A stretch of 64,000 bases of DNA from Yuukianura sp. NJ FZ-2021 (taxonomy: Eukaryota): contig CM102286.1 in NCBI GenBank assembly GCA_046563655.1, positions 6,014,001 to 6,078,000 on the forward strand, written 5' to 3'. The notes beneath the pieces are model-generated. The model had not been told where the DNA came from. It saw only the letters and a program-made list of their open reading frames with translations, and made no database searches. Positions 52,621-64,000 of this stretch are shown in pieces (the first letter of the stretch is position 1; every line of letters begins with the position of its first letter). Both the position numbers and the translations under genes were made by a program.

Positions 52621-53931
52621 TGATAGGCGCTAGTTTCACTGAAAAATCCAAACTGATATTTTTGCATTCAACTCAAATGCTCATCCAAAAAGTTTCTCTT
52701 TTCCCCCTAAACTGTTGTAACAAGACAAAAAATTTGTTGTTTTTAAACTTTTATTCTAACGTTTAAGATCATATTCTGAGCACAGTACAGTTTCTCCAGA
52801 ACATCCGTTAAGAACTTTTGAGTGGCTTGTTTAAATCCGATTTTTTTTAAACTAAGAAATCGAGTCATAATTGAAAAGTTTTTTTGAATTCATATTTCAT
52901 GTCTTCGCATAAGATAAAAGTGAAAATGAATTCGTCTTCTCCGTACTTCAGAATGTGCAGAGTTGAAAGAAAAAAGTGAAAGCGCTGTAGTCTTTACTTT
53001 TCCAATGGAAGCTTTTAATTTCAGCTGAGATTTCACTTAAAGCAGAGAGGCATCTGAAAACGCTTTTAAAAGTGTTGATAGAAGAAAGCAAACAACGCGG
53101 ACGGTCAGAAGGTAACCCTCGTCCCAAGAACGAAGACGAGGGTTGCAGTCATTACTCGGTGGCAAAAGGATAATTGCTTGTTTATAAACTAGTAAAAGAT
53201 TATTAATTCTTTCGTTGTAATTTAGTAGGTGAGAGAATAAAAAAAATTGATAAGGAAACTTATAGAAATTTTGTTTTTGATATTGACTAAGCTGTAACGC
53301 CAAATCCTAAAAAACTACAAAGTTTGAATACTGAATAAGGAATTGGAACAGGTGTATATTCAGAATCTGGAATCCAAACAACAACCTTGAGGATTTCTCC
53401 TTCAAAGTTCAAGGCGAGAGGTGTTATAAATAAACTTAAGTTTTTTAAACTTTTTTTTTCTAGTATAGCTGTGTTAATTTGTTTTGGAAACTTCTTTTTA
53501 ATTGTAACATGGATTTGAATCGTGCAGAAAAACGGAATAATTAAGTAAAGAAAAGCTGAAAAGCAAACAACGATTCCTCTTTACATTTGAAGTGTAGCGT
53601 TAAAAAATTCAACAGCACATGCTAAGAAAACGTTGAAGAATTTGTTTAAAAATTTGTCAAGAAACATTCCGCTACGACCTTGTAATTACTGTTTGTCACA
53701 TGGGAACTTAGGCAAACCCAAACCAAAGTGACTTTCAGAATTCAACAGCTTGAATGCTTGTTGTATTGCTGAAGGGAATTTGGCTGCGTTATACATCATT
53801 ATTTCCTGTGGGAGTTTGAAAAAAATTGCTAATTTCTAGGTTCAAACATGAAAAAGTTTCCCTAGTTATTTAGTTTCCAATATTTGAGCGATTTAGAACT
53901 TTCTGCTCTTGAAACAAAGTTCTCCAAAAAT

Positions 53932-55932
53932 ATGGCGACCGCTACATGTCTCTTGTTTTTGCCCATTTTTGTTGCGGTAACTAATGCAAATTCTTTGGCA
54001 GGGTTTTCGAGTTGCCATACTATAGTATTTGAATTTGGACTTCGGGATAACAGATTTGCAATCCCGATTATTCGTGTAAACGCGGATATATTTCCTGCTT
54101 CAGTAATCAAAGAGAAGAATGCAACAGTGAGATACTTTATAGAAGGTGTAAAAGCAGCGTGGACTTTGCGCAAGGGTCTTGAGTGCCAACTTCTACATTA
54201 CCATTACCCGCCATTTTTGGACAAAATCGGAATCGTCAACGACCATTTTGATTGGATGATAACGTGCAATTCTGATGTCGACAAGCAGGAGTTCTGTTAT
54301 GGAAAAAGGATTTACCGACTCCTGGTTACCAACAGTGCAGCTTTACTTGATCAGAAACGATGGGATGGACCTTACCTGTATAATGCATTGCATATACATT
54401 TCATAGGAAATACTTCTCAATCGATTAATCTTCTTCCATGTTATCCATGTGGAAAGCGAATTTTGATAGCGTTTCGAATTCTAGAAAACACAATTGTGGA
54501 ACCTACAAAATCACTTTTGGATGACCTTTCAGGTGGAATCGTCAAGCACCACTGCCGTGTACATTGGGAATTTCTTCCCTCGTTGAATAAGTTTTCGACT
54601 GGCGGAAACATAACTTATAAGTCATCTTCAAAACGAAACACACGTCCGATGGAAGCTTTACTTGAGAATGTTTTGAGCGTGACAATGGGCCGCTCGCCCC
54701 GGTCACCGATTGGTCAAGGTCACTATCGAAATGTTAATTTGAACATGGTCATCTCTAGCAGCGACAGAGCAACGACACAACTAACAATTCTTATGGACAC
54801 GTTGCCACAACCATCCGGTTACTATCAACGGAATGACTTCTACCGTTTTTTCGTTACAGAAGTGATGTACAATTTCATCACTTGCGATGGCGCCTACCGT
54901 TACTTGTCCTCAGTAGCGTTCATCCGTGCATTCCAACTTTCCGTTTGGCTTTGTTTAGTTGTACTTCTTTTGAGTCTGGGGTTCTACCTTCGCGTAGTTG
55001 GCATTTTGAGTGTGCGCGTCGCTCCTAGCTGGCTGCTGCTTGCTTGTCTTATTCTCGAACAGACTTTTTCGTTACCATACTGGCTCTTGCGCACTCGTGG
55101 ATTTAAAACTTTGATTATCGTTGTTTCGTTTGTTTTCATGATACTTACTACAGCTTACAAAGGACTCTTGACTTCTGATTCAACGCGACCCTCAGCCGAA
55201 GTTCGGCTTAATTCCCTCGAAGATGCGATATCGCAAGGATACCGAATTCTAATACCAATGGATCTGGAGTACACAGCTTCGATATACCGCAGAACTGGAA
55301 ACCGATTCTCGCCGCCGCGCGATTTTAAATTGATCGCTCTCTCCGTACTAAGCTTCTACGACAAATTTCTTACCTACATCCTGTCAGACCAGGACGTCCT
55401 CAGACACCAATACAAAATCAGGAATCTCAAGAATGCTGAAATTTACCGTCAGTTGACCGTGACTGAAAGTCTAAACGACACAACATGGAATGACCTTTCA
55501 TCTTGCAACAAAACTTTACTGGTCAATGACTCACGAGTTGTCCATGGTCAAATGAGAGAGATACAGGAGAAATACCCAGGAAAGAAAAAGTATTATACAG
55601 GGGTAGCTGGACATGCACATCCGAGCATATTCACCATGGGACGCATGGATTGGGACAGGCAGAACATCGTCTACGACATGATTCAGTTGGCGATACAGTC
55701 CGGACTGACGAAGCGGGCCATAGAAGCTGACGCAAAACAAAGCAGTGCAGCCCGCCAAGAAACTTGGAAAGGTGTCAGCGTCAGTTCGATTTCAACACAG
55801 AGCAACTTTGTAGTCGTTACTTTTATTCTTTATAGCATGTGTTTTGCTTTGACTGTTGTCGCAATGATTTTTGAAGTCATAATATGGTTCTTATTTGTCA
55901 AAAACAAACCACTTGTTCAAAAATTCAGATAA
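53932..55932 (+). CDS. Divergent ionotropic receptor (IR / variant iGluR family), intronless, 666 aa
   Basis: Long ORF whose first ATG gives the signal peptide MATATCLLFLPIFVAVTNA. Motifs: YNFITCDG, pre-M1/M1 AFIRAFQLSVWLCLVVLL, pore-loop ILEQ, M3 FMILTTAYKGLLTS (counterpart of iGluR SYTANLAA), IQSGL, and a C-terminal TM helix. Confidence 0.85.
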   Translation: MATATCLLFLPIFVAVTNANSLAGFSSCHTIVFEFGLRDNRFAIPIIRVNADIFPASVIKEKNATVRYFIEGVKAAWTLRKGLECQLLHYHYPPFLDKIGIVNDHFDWMITCNSDVDKQEFCYGKRIYRLLVTNSAALLDQKRWDGPYLYNALHIHFIGNTSQSINLLPCYPCGKRILIAFRILENTIVEPTKSLLDDLSGGIVKHHCRVHWEFLPSLNKFSTGGNITYKSSSKRNTRPMEALLENVLSVTMGRSPRSPIGQGHYRNVNLNMVISSSDRATTQLTILMDTLPQPSGYYQRNDFYRFFVTEVMYNFITCDGAYRYLSSVAFIRAFQLSVWLCLVVLLLSLGFYLRVVGILSVRVAPSWLLLACLILEQTFSLPYWLLRTRGFKTLIIVVSFVFMILTTAYKGLLTSDSTRPSAEVRLNSLEDAISQGYRILIPMDLEYTASIYRRTGNRFSPPRDFKLIALSVLSFYDKFLTYILSDQDVLRHQYKIRNLKNAEIYRQLTVTESLNDTTWNDLSSCNKTLLVNDSRVVHGQMREIQEKYPGKKKYYTGVAGHAHPSIFTMGRMDWDRQNIVYDMIQLAIQSGLTKRAIEADAKQSSAARQETWKGVSVSSISTQSNFVVVTFILYSMCFALTVVAMIFEVIIWFLFVKNKPLVQKFR

Positions 55933-56647
55933 GCAGACCAACTCTTTTTTTAGGTGTCGGAGAATAACTGTTTTTTGCGCATCAGCTAAAGCGACTCCTT
56001 TATGCAAGTAAGTTGAGAGTAGTACTGTAGCCGTGAACGTTTTAATGGTGTTTTAAGAATTTAAAAACAAAATTGATGTACTTAATGAGAGAAATGTAGT
56101 AGGGGTGCATATGTAAATAGGTTTCATGTAACTATGAGCAAGTTTAAAGGCTTCTTAAGAATTCAAAAACAATTTTCATGGAATAAGATAAGGGGCAAAT
56201 CACATAAAGTTGAAATTCATGTAGGCCCTTCGAGTGCACAGTCTTACTAAAACACCAAAACACGCTAACTCCTGTAACATCCGCGACAATAGTTCTACTA
56301 GTTTTAGTTACATTACTACGTAGTACTGTTGCTCCTAGTCACATTAAATTTATTTTTTTGTAGTTTGATGACGTTTCCACTTTTAATGCGTTCAGGGCAA
56401 AGAATTTAAGGGAATTTACTCATAGAATTCATGTAAAAAAAGGTTGTTGGTTCTGGTTAGAAATAAAATATAAGTACATAAGCTTAAGCATGCAAGTTAT
56501 ACATACATATAGGTAAGTATGTTTAAGCATTACAATATTAGCTTACAATTAACACATGTATCTGCATACCTGCAACTTTCTATTTAGTCAATAAATAATG
56601 ATAATATTAATAGCGTGTAACATAGTATCCCATTTGCTTGCGAGGGT

Positions 56648-58065
56648 TCAAAATGTAAGAAGCAAGGATTTCACATTGTCAGTTACAATCACTCCAAATA
56701 TTGTAAGAATAAATTTGTTGGAGTCCAATACAAAATGTTGTCCAACACGGATTACGAGGCGCTTTTTTGACTTCCAAAATTTGCTGCTGTAGCCCATTTC
56801 TTCGTGAATTTGAAATTGACCAACCCTACAACACTCGCGAGAATTGTTACAACCTAGTACTGCGAGATTTATTATTGCTTTAAGTGTAACTGAAAGCATC
56901 ATAATTAGAATGACTGTAAGTAGTATGGGCACAACGCAATGTCCACCCAAAAATTTTATGCATGCGTATATGAGCAAGACCAGTACAGCCTCGCAAGAAT
57001 ATAAGCCCAATTCAGTGAGGTTAGCGAATATGTCATTGACGAATATGTTTAAGACCTGATTACATGTGAATGCAGTTTCATGGATCCCTTGACGTCGTGC
57101 TGTTCCGCTGTCAATGCATTTACTGTAAACACAAAATAGCTTTCTGCTTTTGGCTAGCAACATAGGTAGGTATATCATTCTACTTTAAGGTAAAGTGTGT
57201 CGAATAAATGTTAGAAATTACTAAAGCTTTTTTATACCTTAAATGTTTCATCCAATAACGCAATGAATTTAAGTATATGAGTAAAATATTAACGTAAAGG
57301 TACGCAATGCATCCTGCGTGGATTGCGCCTACGCATGCAATGAAGGCACCCAAGGCGGTCACTGATGCCACAATATACTCGCTGATATTTTCAAGTCCGG
57401 TACAATATTTTAAAATCTGAGCGTTGACAATATAGACGGACTTCGTAATTAGGTTGTCTGTCAACGTAAAGAACCCAACCACTACGGGAGGAGATAACAT
57501 TTGCAAATAATGGAACGAGAGATACATAAACTTAACCGCGGCTTCGTATTCGTCTCCTTGCGGGGAATGTCGTGGTATGCCATAGACGTTGTCTAGAAAT
57601 TGCGAAATTAAAAGTAAATTAATATTAGAAATGGTAGGTGGTACTGCAAGACATAGAAAACGTTACACATACTCTGAACTTTGGGTTAAGTACGAGCAAA
57701 TTTAACTTACGGAGTTGATTATAAAGTTTTAACATGGAGGAAGTTACCGCAGATACTTCATTCATACAGACAAAATACCATAGTTGAAATATACAAAACA
57801 AAGTGGTGAGAACGGCGAATCCAACCATAAGCACAGACATCTGCACAGTGTCTTTGAGAAGTATTGCTCCAAAAGTGTAAACTGAAAATAATAGCAAGTT
57901 GAGAGTGAAGCTTACTCCTATCAGCACAGTACGCATGACACATTTCTTGGAATCAATCACACTATATCCACTTTTTGTCAAAACTATTCTGAAGGAAAAG
58001 ATTCTCCATTTGGACCCTTTATCAAATGTCTTCAAAACATAATCCCACGTTGTTTTGGACAACAT
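56648..58065 (-). CDS. Gustatory-receptor-like 7TM chemoreceptor A, 394 aa, 3 exons
   Basis: Exons 58065-57711, 57592-57238 and 57122-56648 (355+355+475 nt), GT-AG and in frame. Multiple hydrophobic helices. The C-terminus RVGQHFVLDSNKFILTIFGVIVTDNVKSLLLTF resembles the GR TM7 region. Confidence 0.8.
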
Positions 58066-58346
58066 TTCGGTGCTTTTCTTTGAATTTGGACAATGAATAA
58101 GACGTTACTTTCATGAGTTCTTCCAACAAACTAAATCAACTCCGGGTAAACGAAATGGATAAAATAATTAGTTTAAAGCGAAGTATTTTCGAAAAAAAAT
58201 TTCGAGACGCTAGCATTTCAAAATAGTATGGAAGGCGACTTATTAGCCCGCCTTCTATCTAACGAAAAGGAGTTTTCAATTATGATTTATGAATTTATTG
58301 TTTTGGGGAAGGCTTCAAACTTTAAGTGTATCCGACAAAGGAAATA

Positions 58347-58562
58347 CAGTAATGTACCTATCTTGGAAACCACGCTATCCCTTTTTCTCCTTTCTCTTTT
58401 ACGGTGAATTTCCAATGAGTGGGGGAAGGCGGGAAGAGAACTTCTCAAAACTCAACTCTATGTTACGAGTTTTTCACATTACTGGAAGTTTTACGGCAAC
58501 CGTGGGAGGAGTGATATGAGAAGAGCCAATCAGAGCGAGTTTCCAAGATAGGTACATTACTG
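58347..58562. mobile_element. Tc1/mariner-pogo-type MITE, 216 bp
   Basis: Perfect 24-bp TIR CAGTAATGTACCTATCTTGGAAAC flanked by TA on both sides. Confidence 0.9.
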
Positions 58563-59239
58563 TACCAATTTTTTTAAATTTTCGAAAGTGTTGCGTTAGG
58601 TTAGGTGACTTCGTTGGAACAATTCTCCCGTGTAAAATATCAAATCTACTACATAAGGAGGGACCGTATTTGGTCACAAGCCAAAGTGCATGGCATGGGA
58701 AAACCAATGTGTTTTTTTTCTGTGCTTGGAGAACTGGAAAGAACCAGGGGTGGGAGTTTACATACACTTCTCCCAGCATAGACTTTTTCTCTCATCTCAA
58801 CTCGCAGCAAAAAATGAAAACACAACGAATCGGCAGCAGTACGGCTGCGTTCCAACCGTTGTAACCACGCAGCGGATATAATAGATTAGCAGTTGTGTTA
58901 TCTGTTATCAAGTTGTGTTACGTTATCTAACCTAATCTTAACCATAAGGAAAAATCCCCTGTCACCCCTCTGCGTGTGTTTCTGTCCTCTTGGTTGGGGT
59001 CTGGCTAAAGGTCGGACCTTGAAGACTCCACGGATTTTTATGAGGGGTGCACGCTGCGAATCCACCGTCCGTCTGTGCGCATGACGTTACTCTTTTTATA
59101 CGAAACACGGGTTGAAATGAACTAAATACTAACTAATTGTACCCACTTTTGTTTTTGGTCGATCTTTTTGTTAATTTTTTGATTGGGATATAGTTTTTTT
59201 TTTTATAATTAGTCCGTCAAACTGATACGTACGCAACAG

Positions 59240-59281
59240 ACTAGGATCTTTCGGTGGCCGCAGGCCACCGAAGATCCTAGT
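59240..59281. repeat. 42-bp palindrome, Helitron/Helentron-type terminal hairpin
   Basis: ACTAGGATCTTTCGGTGGCC-GCA-GGCCACCGAAGATCCTAGT, with one bulged T. A GC-rich hairpin followed by CTAG-T. Confidence 0.65.
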
Positions 59282-60100
59282 ATCCAATAAGGGAAATGGA
59301 AAATTTGATTCAAATAAGCGAATTTCGATCCAGCGGAAGTCTACCGGTAAAATAGGTCAAAACATGTTCATTTGGTGTGGTTACTGAAATATGTACCTCC
59401 ATCATGGCACTCCGCATCTCATCTCGTAATAACTTTCCCTTGTAAAATTTTAATAAGAGTTTTCTGAAAAATAGGCAACCGAAATGTTAAATGAAGTTAA
59501 ATTGGCCCAGCGAAATTCTTCCGTGTTTAAACATAAATAGTCCCAAACAAACCATGCTTCACTTTTCAATGTTTCAACAAAATTTGTTTTTCTAAAATCG
59601 TATTATAAGGTTGGTATGAATCCCTGCTTGTACAGAACTTGGATTGAATTGCCGAGATCCCAGTAACTATATTTTTACATGAATTTGTTTTCAAGAGTTT
59701 CTAGTCTATTGCTAAATAAGTCTCAACATCGTGTTATACACAACGGAAACAACCTAGTTACAACCTTAAAGTAGGTGGTCAACTACTAGGGTGTGCAATA
59801 TCCATGTACAGCACTCATCTGCTGCCTTGCCTGCGCAAATATGGCCAATAGTATCTTGTATAATCAAACCAAACTCGAATACTGTGCATTAATCTACGAC
59901 TATACCCCACACTGGTGTAAGTTCTTAAAATTGTAAGCAAAAAGTTTATACAAGTATTCTGTTTATGTCCGAAAAGGTATCATACACACTAACACAAAAT
60001 TTATTGATGAAAATTGTATTGATGACATTTTTTTAGTTATGTCTATAAACTTTAGATTGCCGCAAATTTCTTGCATTAAAAATGTTTGTAAGGTGATTGT

Positions 60101-61499
60101 TCAAAATGTAAGAAGCATGGTTTTAACATTGTCAGTTATAACCACCCCAAATATTGTTAGGACAAATTCGTTTGTGTCAAACACAAAGTGTTGTCCTACA
60201 CGCATAACAAGTGGTTGTTTTGACTTCCAAAATCTGCTGCTATAGCGCATGTTTTCGTGAATTTGAAATTGGCCTCTTCTGCAACACTGACGGGAATTTG
60301 TACATCCGAGTACTGCAAGATTGATTACTGCCTTAACTATAATTGAAAGGAGTATAAAGAAAATGAGTAAAAGCTGTAGTAGCACGATGTAGTGTCCGCC
60401 GATAAATCTTATGCATGAACAGGCGTAGATGATCAGGATCAAAACAGCTTCGGTCAAATATAGGCATAATTCCGTCAGATTGGCGAATATGTCATTGATG
60501 CATATGTTTAGGACTTGACTTCCTGTGAATACGGTTTCATGGATCTGTCGCCGTGGTGGGTGTGCAATTTCAATGCATTCACTGCAAACAAAATATTATT
60601 ATTCCAAAGTTTAGGAACATATTTTCTTGTACCTAAAACAGACGTATGAGTAGACAGTTTTACTAGCGAAGCTGATTTTTTACCTTAAGTGTTGCATCCA
60701 GTGGCGCAACGAATTTAGGTATATGAGTAATATATTAACGTAAAGGTATGCAATACACCCTGCGTGGATTGCGCCTAAGCATGCAGTGAAGGCACCAAAT
60801 GCCGTCACCGATCTCACGATATACTCGCTGATATTTTCAACTCCGGTACAATATTTTAAAATCTGAGCGTTGACAAAGTGGACGGAATTCGTAGCTAGGT
60901 TGTCTGTCAACGTAAAAAACCCAACAACTATAGGAGGTGTAAACGTTTGTAAATAATAAAATCCGAGATACACAGATTTAACCGCAGCTTCATATTCGTC
61001 TCCCCGTGGTGAATGCAGTGGCACACCGTAGAGTTTGTCTGCAAATGCCAAAAGGAAAGAAACTGCAAAATTGTCTTTTAAAAACTTAAATCTAACCTGA
61101 ACTTAGATTTTTGAGCTAAATAACTAGTAGAGTATTTTACTTACGGAGTTGGCTATAAAATCTTAGCATGCACGAAATTACGCCAGACACATCCTTCGCC
61201 GCGACGATATACCACAGTTGAAATATGCAAAATATGGTTGTGAGAGTGGACAAAGCAATCATAAGGACAGACATTTGCACTGTGTGTCGGAGAAGCATTG
61301 CGGCAAAAGCGTAGAAGGCAACTAGTAGTAAATTGAAACTGAGACTTACTGCAATCAACACCGTACACAGGAAAGATTTTTCGGAATCAATCAGACAATA
61401 TTCACCTTTACCCAAAACTATTCTGAAGGAAAAGACTTTCCATCTGAATCCTTTGTCAAACATCTTCAAAGCGTAGTCCCATGTTGTTTTGGACAACAT
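60101..61499 (-). CDS. Gustatory-receptor-like 7TM chemoreceptor B, 396 aa, 3 exons; tandem paralog of A
   Basis: Exons 61499-61145, 61038-60684 and 60581-60101 (355+355+481 nt), with the same intron positions and phases as A. Both genes start MLSKTTWDY and end LLLTF/MLLTF. Confidence 0.8.
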
Positions 61500-62212
61500 T
61501 CTTGCAATTTCGATTTGAATTTGTAGTTGCGACTGGAAAAGTACTTGTAGGAATTGTTCTGCTAGACTAAAATCCAACCGAAGGAATAGTCTGACCGATA
61601 AAATCTCTTTTTTTTAAATTCTATTTCAGATGCTAGTATAATTAATAGGCTTATGAGACGAATTTCCATCCGGCCAAATGAGGCTTTAGTCATAATTTTT
61701 TAACTTGTTTGGTAAGGTTTGGCTTATTAAGTATTCTTCGTCCGCTTTTCAAATACTTTAATAATTTCAAGCTTGAAACTCTTTCCGCCAGTACAATTAT
61801 TTGTAAAATCATTTCCAAGGAAAACGCTGGTTCCAACATTTTTTCAATTCTATAGAAATGATTCGCTCCATCATTTTAGCGCTTTAGTTAAATATTGAAT
61901 TGACTTAAACAGACATTTGGTATACAAAAATAGGTAGGCGAAGAAATTGTAATTCAAGTTAAATTTGCGAATTCAAATTCAGCTTTGGTCAAAAATAATT
62001 ACCGCCCAATATCCACGTTCCGTTCAAACTATTCTAAAGGAATGTATTTTCCATTTTAATCCTACATCGATTGTTTTCAAAGCATAATCCAACGTTACTT
62101 TGGTACAACTCAGGGGTCATTATTTTGACTGACCTTTTTATTATTTCAAAGCTCCAGTTTCTAAGGTGTTGTAAAAGCTCAACAAAAAGTGAGTATTGGT
62201 TTGACATTTTCA

Positions 62213-62423
62213 TTAGGTTATCATGTGTCGATAATTATCGGAAGACGTGATTCGATACCGGGATTCCCTACAAATGTGCGCCTTCGAAATACGACCGATA
62301 AAAGCTTAAGAATAACAGTACGTACGTTTGATATTCCTGTTATTAGCTTCGGGAATTTCCCGGGAATTCGGGAAATTCCCGATTCCCGGGAATTGGCAAA
62401 GTATATCGGGAATGAGACCCTTA
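62213..62423. mobile_element. Degenerate hAT-like MITE remnant with CGGGAAT repeats
   Basis: Cluster of GGGAATT/ATTCCC repeats at 62350-62415 ending GAGACCCTTA. The left terminus matches only weakly and no TSD is clear. Confidence 0.4.
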
Positions 62424-62527
62424 CTATTGGCGCCAGCAACTTATTAAAATTTCATCCAAATCCCTAGTTGATATGCTGCACGGAAATGTTCGTTTGACTC
62501 GTAGAAATTGAAGAAAATGTAACAGAA

Positions 62528-62677
62528 ACAAAAGTTGTATTTGGTCTCCGTGCCCTTTTTTGCTTCTGCAACAAGAGTTTTATTTGGTCCCCGCTGGAGT
62601 GCAGACATTTGTCACAAAAGTTGTATTTGGTCTCCAATGGACTTAAAAAATTGCAACTTTTGTTATATTTGGTACTC
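62528..62677. repeat. Regularly spaced 22-bp repeats with dissimilar ~21-bp spacers
   Basis: ACAAAAGTTGTATTTGGTCTCC at 62528 and 62614 (identical), ACAAGAGTTTTATTTGGTCCCC at 62571, and a degenerate copy at 62656. Confidence 0.7.
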
Positions 62678-62841
62678 AAGAGGTTATTACCAACAACTCA
62701 CGAACTTTACAACTCTCAAATTTATCATTTTTAGCAGTCCTTGCTCTACTTGTAGCTCGAGAACACGATTGCATGCTCAGAACCATACTCAGTTTGAGTA
62801 CATAAAAAACATTGAACAGAAATTTCCAAATTTTCTACAGG

Positions 62842-64000
62842 ATGGATTTCAAGATTTTATGTCTTTTAGTTCACGTCGCACAAGGTTTGTTTGCAGCCGA
62901 GGCGAATGTGGTTCTAGATTTAAACTTCTACATCAGTAAGTACAGGGATTGCAGAGTTGTTTTGTGGTATTACTCAAGCAACGAATGGGACATGCACAAA
63001 AGCATTCAACCAATCAGCGATCCCGTTTACATCAAAACAGGATACCATCGCAATTCAGCACTGAAGTTACGTGACATTTCAAGAATGAAACTTCCGTTTT
63101 GCAGCGTATTTTTCTTTATGACTGTATACATTAGACCTCAAAATTTTGAAGATATGCTGTGGTGGTTGGAGGACGCAAACGGAGGTGTCTCAAATGAAAT
63201 GGTGGCGTTTATTGCCTTTACGATGTACAAACAACAATCGTTTCAAAATTGTTCTTTCAAAAGTGAACAATACGAAACGTTTAAAGATGGTAGGCAGTAT
63301 CTCGCTAAACTGGCTGAGTCTTCTGTGTTGATGATTGATGATTGGTCTGAAGTGCTACGTGAAACATTTGGTGCTAACACTAGCATCACGCTCAGGGCAA
63401 AGGTCAACGCATTTTTACTCGGAAAGGCACCGCCCAAAACTCGCCTTTTCAAAATTCCACTCGTTTGCCGCCTAATTTCAGCAGAAAAATGCTTTACACG
63501 ACAAAAATTGAAAATGCACCTTGTGGTTTATGAAGACCGATTTACACCAGAACTTCTTGCTTACATGTCTACGGGCGCTGGTTCATGCAACTCCGCTGAC
63601 GAAAATTTGTTTAACATCACAGATTCCATTGCGAATAAATTCTACGGTCCACAGTCCAACGTTCCTATGACAACCAAAGACCAGTTTGGGAAGAGACGCC
63701 ACGCAAAATTTGGCACCATTTGGGCGTTTTTCGCTTATATGGAAATATTATCAGTCTCAACTAGTTGCATCCAATATCATCCGAAGCCACACATTAAAGT
63801 TAGTGAAGAATCTTTTTTCAAAAAACATTTAGTCAAACACTTTGTTCGTAACAGTCATTTCATGTACAAAAACATTCAAATGTTTATGCCTTCTCAATAT
63901 GCGGCTTTTCGGTATGAGGTTGCATATATGCATAACACAACCGCAGCAGTTATTATCCTCGACACGACAGAAATGGTATTTTCCACTTGCGACGGCATGT
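62842..64000 (+). CDS. Second divergent ionotropic receptor, N-terminal part (runs off the window)
   Basis: Hand translation gives 386 stop-free codons from ATG 62842 (MDFKILCLLVHVAQGLFAAEA..., signal-like) to MVFSTCDGM at the window end, matching YNFITCDG of the first IR. It has no stop in the window, which likely explains its absence from the ORF track. Confidence 0.8.
   Translation, partial: MDFKILCLLVHVAQGLFAAEANVVLDLNFYISKYRDCRVVLWYYSSNEWDMHKSIQPISDPVYIKTGYHRNSALKLRDISRMKLPFCSVFFFMTVYIRPQNFEDMLWWLEDANGGVSNEMVAFIAFTMYKQQSFQNCSFKSEQYETFKDGRQYLAKLAESSVLMIDDWSEVLRETFGANTSITLRAKVNAFLLGKAPPKTRLFKIPLVCRLISAEKCFTRQKLKMHLVVYEDRFTPELLAYMSTGAGSCNSADENLFNITDSIANKFYGPQSNVPMTTKDQFGKRRHAKFGTIWAFFAYMEILSVSTSCIQYHPKPHIKVSEESFFKKHLVKHFVRNSHFMYKNIQMFMPSQYAAFRYEVAYMHNTTAAVIILDTTEMVFSTCDGM

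Noticed and set aside
1..53000. Most 60-145 aa ORFs in the supplied track
   Set aside because: Many use TTG/GTG starts, lie in introns, intergenic DNA or repeats, and show no recognisable motif or splice-consistent partner exons. They are expected by chance.
62528..62677. CRISPR array
   Set aside because: Eukaryotic context, only 3-4 imperfect repeats, spacers of about 21 bp, and no cas genes or leader.
62535..62939. 134-aa ORF as the IR2 N-terminus
   Set aside because: It is in a different frame from the long open frame starting at 62842, overlaps the repeat array and has no signal peptide.

Overview
AT-rich eukaryotic genomic DNA with short spliceosomal introns. The gene content suggests an arthropod, plausibly a springtail-like hexapod (inference). 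Supported genes: a complete 7-exon Beat-like two-Ig-domain cell-surface gene (-, 34969-42856), a lone signal-peptide exon of a second minus-strand gene (5135-5192), a 2-exon orphan secreted helical protein (47904-48704), and a mixed chemoreceptor cluster at the right end. The cluster holds an intronless divergent ionotropic receptor (IR), two tandem 3-exon gustatory-receptor-like (GR) genes, and a second IR that runs off the window and is absent from the ORF track. The 9-29 kb interval is rich in small transposons whose ends and target-site duplications (TSDs) can be read directly: hAT, P-like, Merlin-like, TTAA-specific, Tc1/mariner, Helitron/Helentron types and a solo LTR. It includes a nested insertion stack, a fold-back element with two Helitron 3' ends, and a 2-kb CACTA/EnSpm-like element that keeps a spliced accessory gene but only a transposase stump. 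No rRNA, tRNA, CRISPR or prokaryotic system was found, and I cannot demonstrate a wholly new biological system. Family names come from motif recognition, not database searches.
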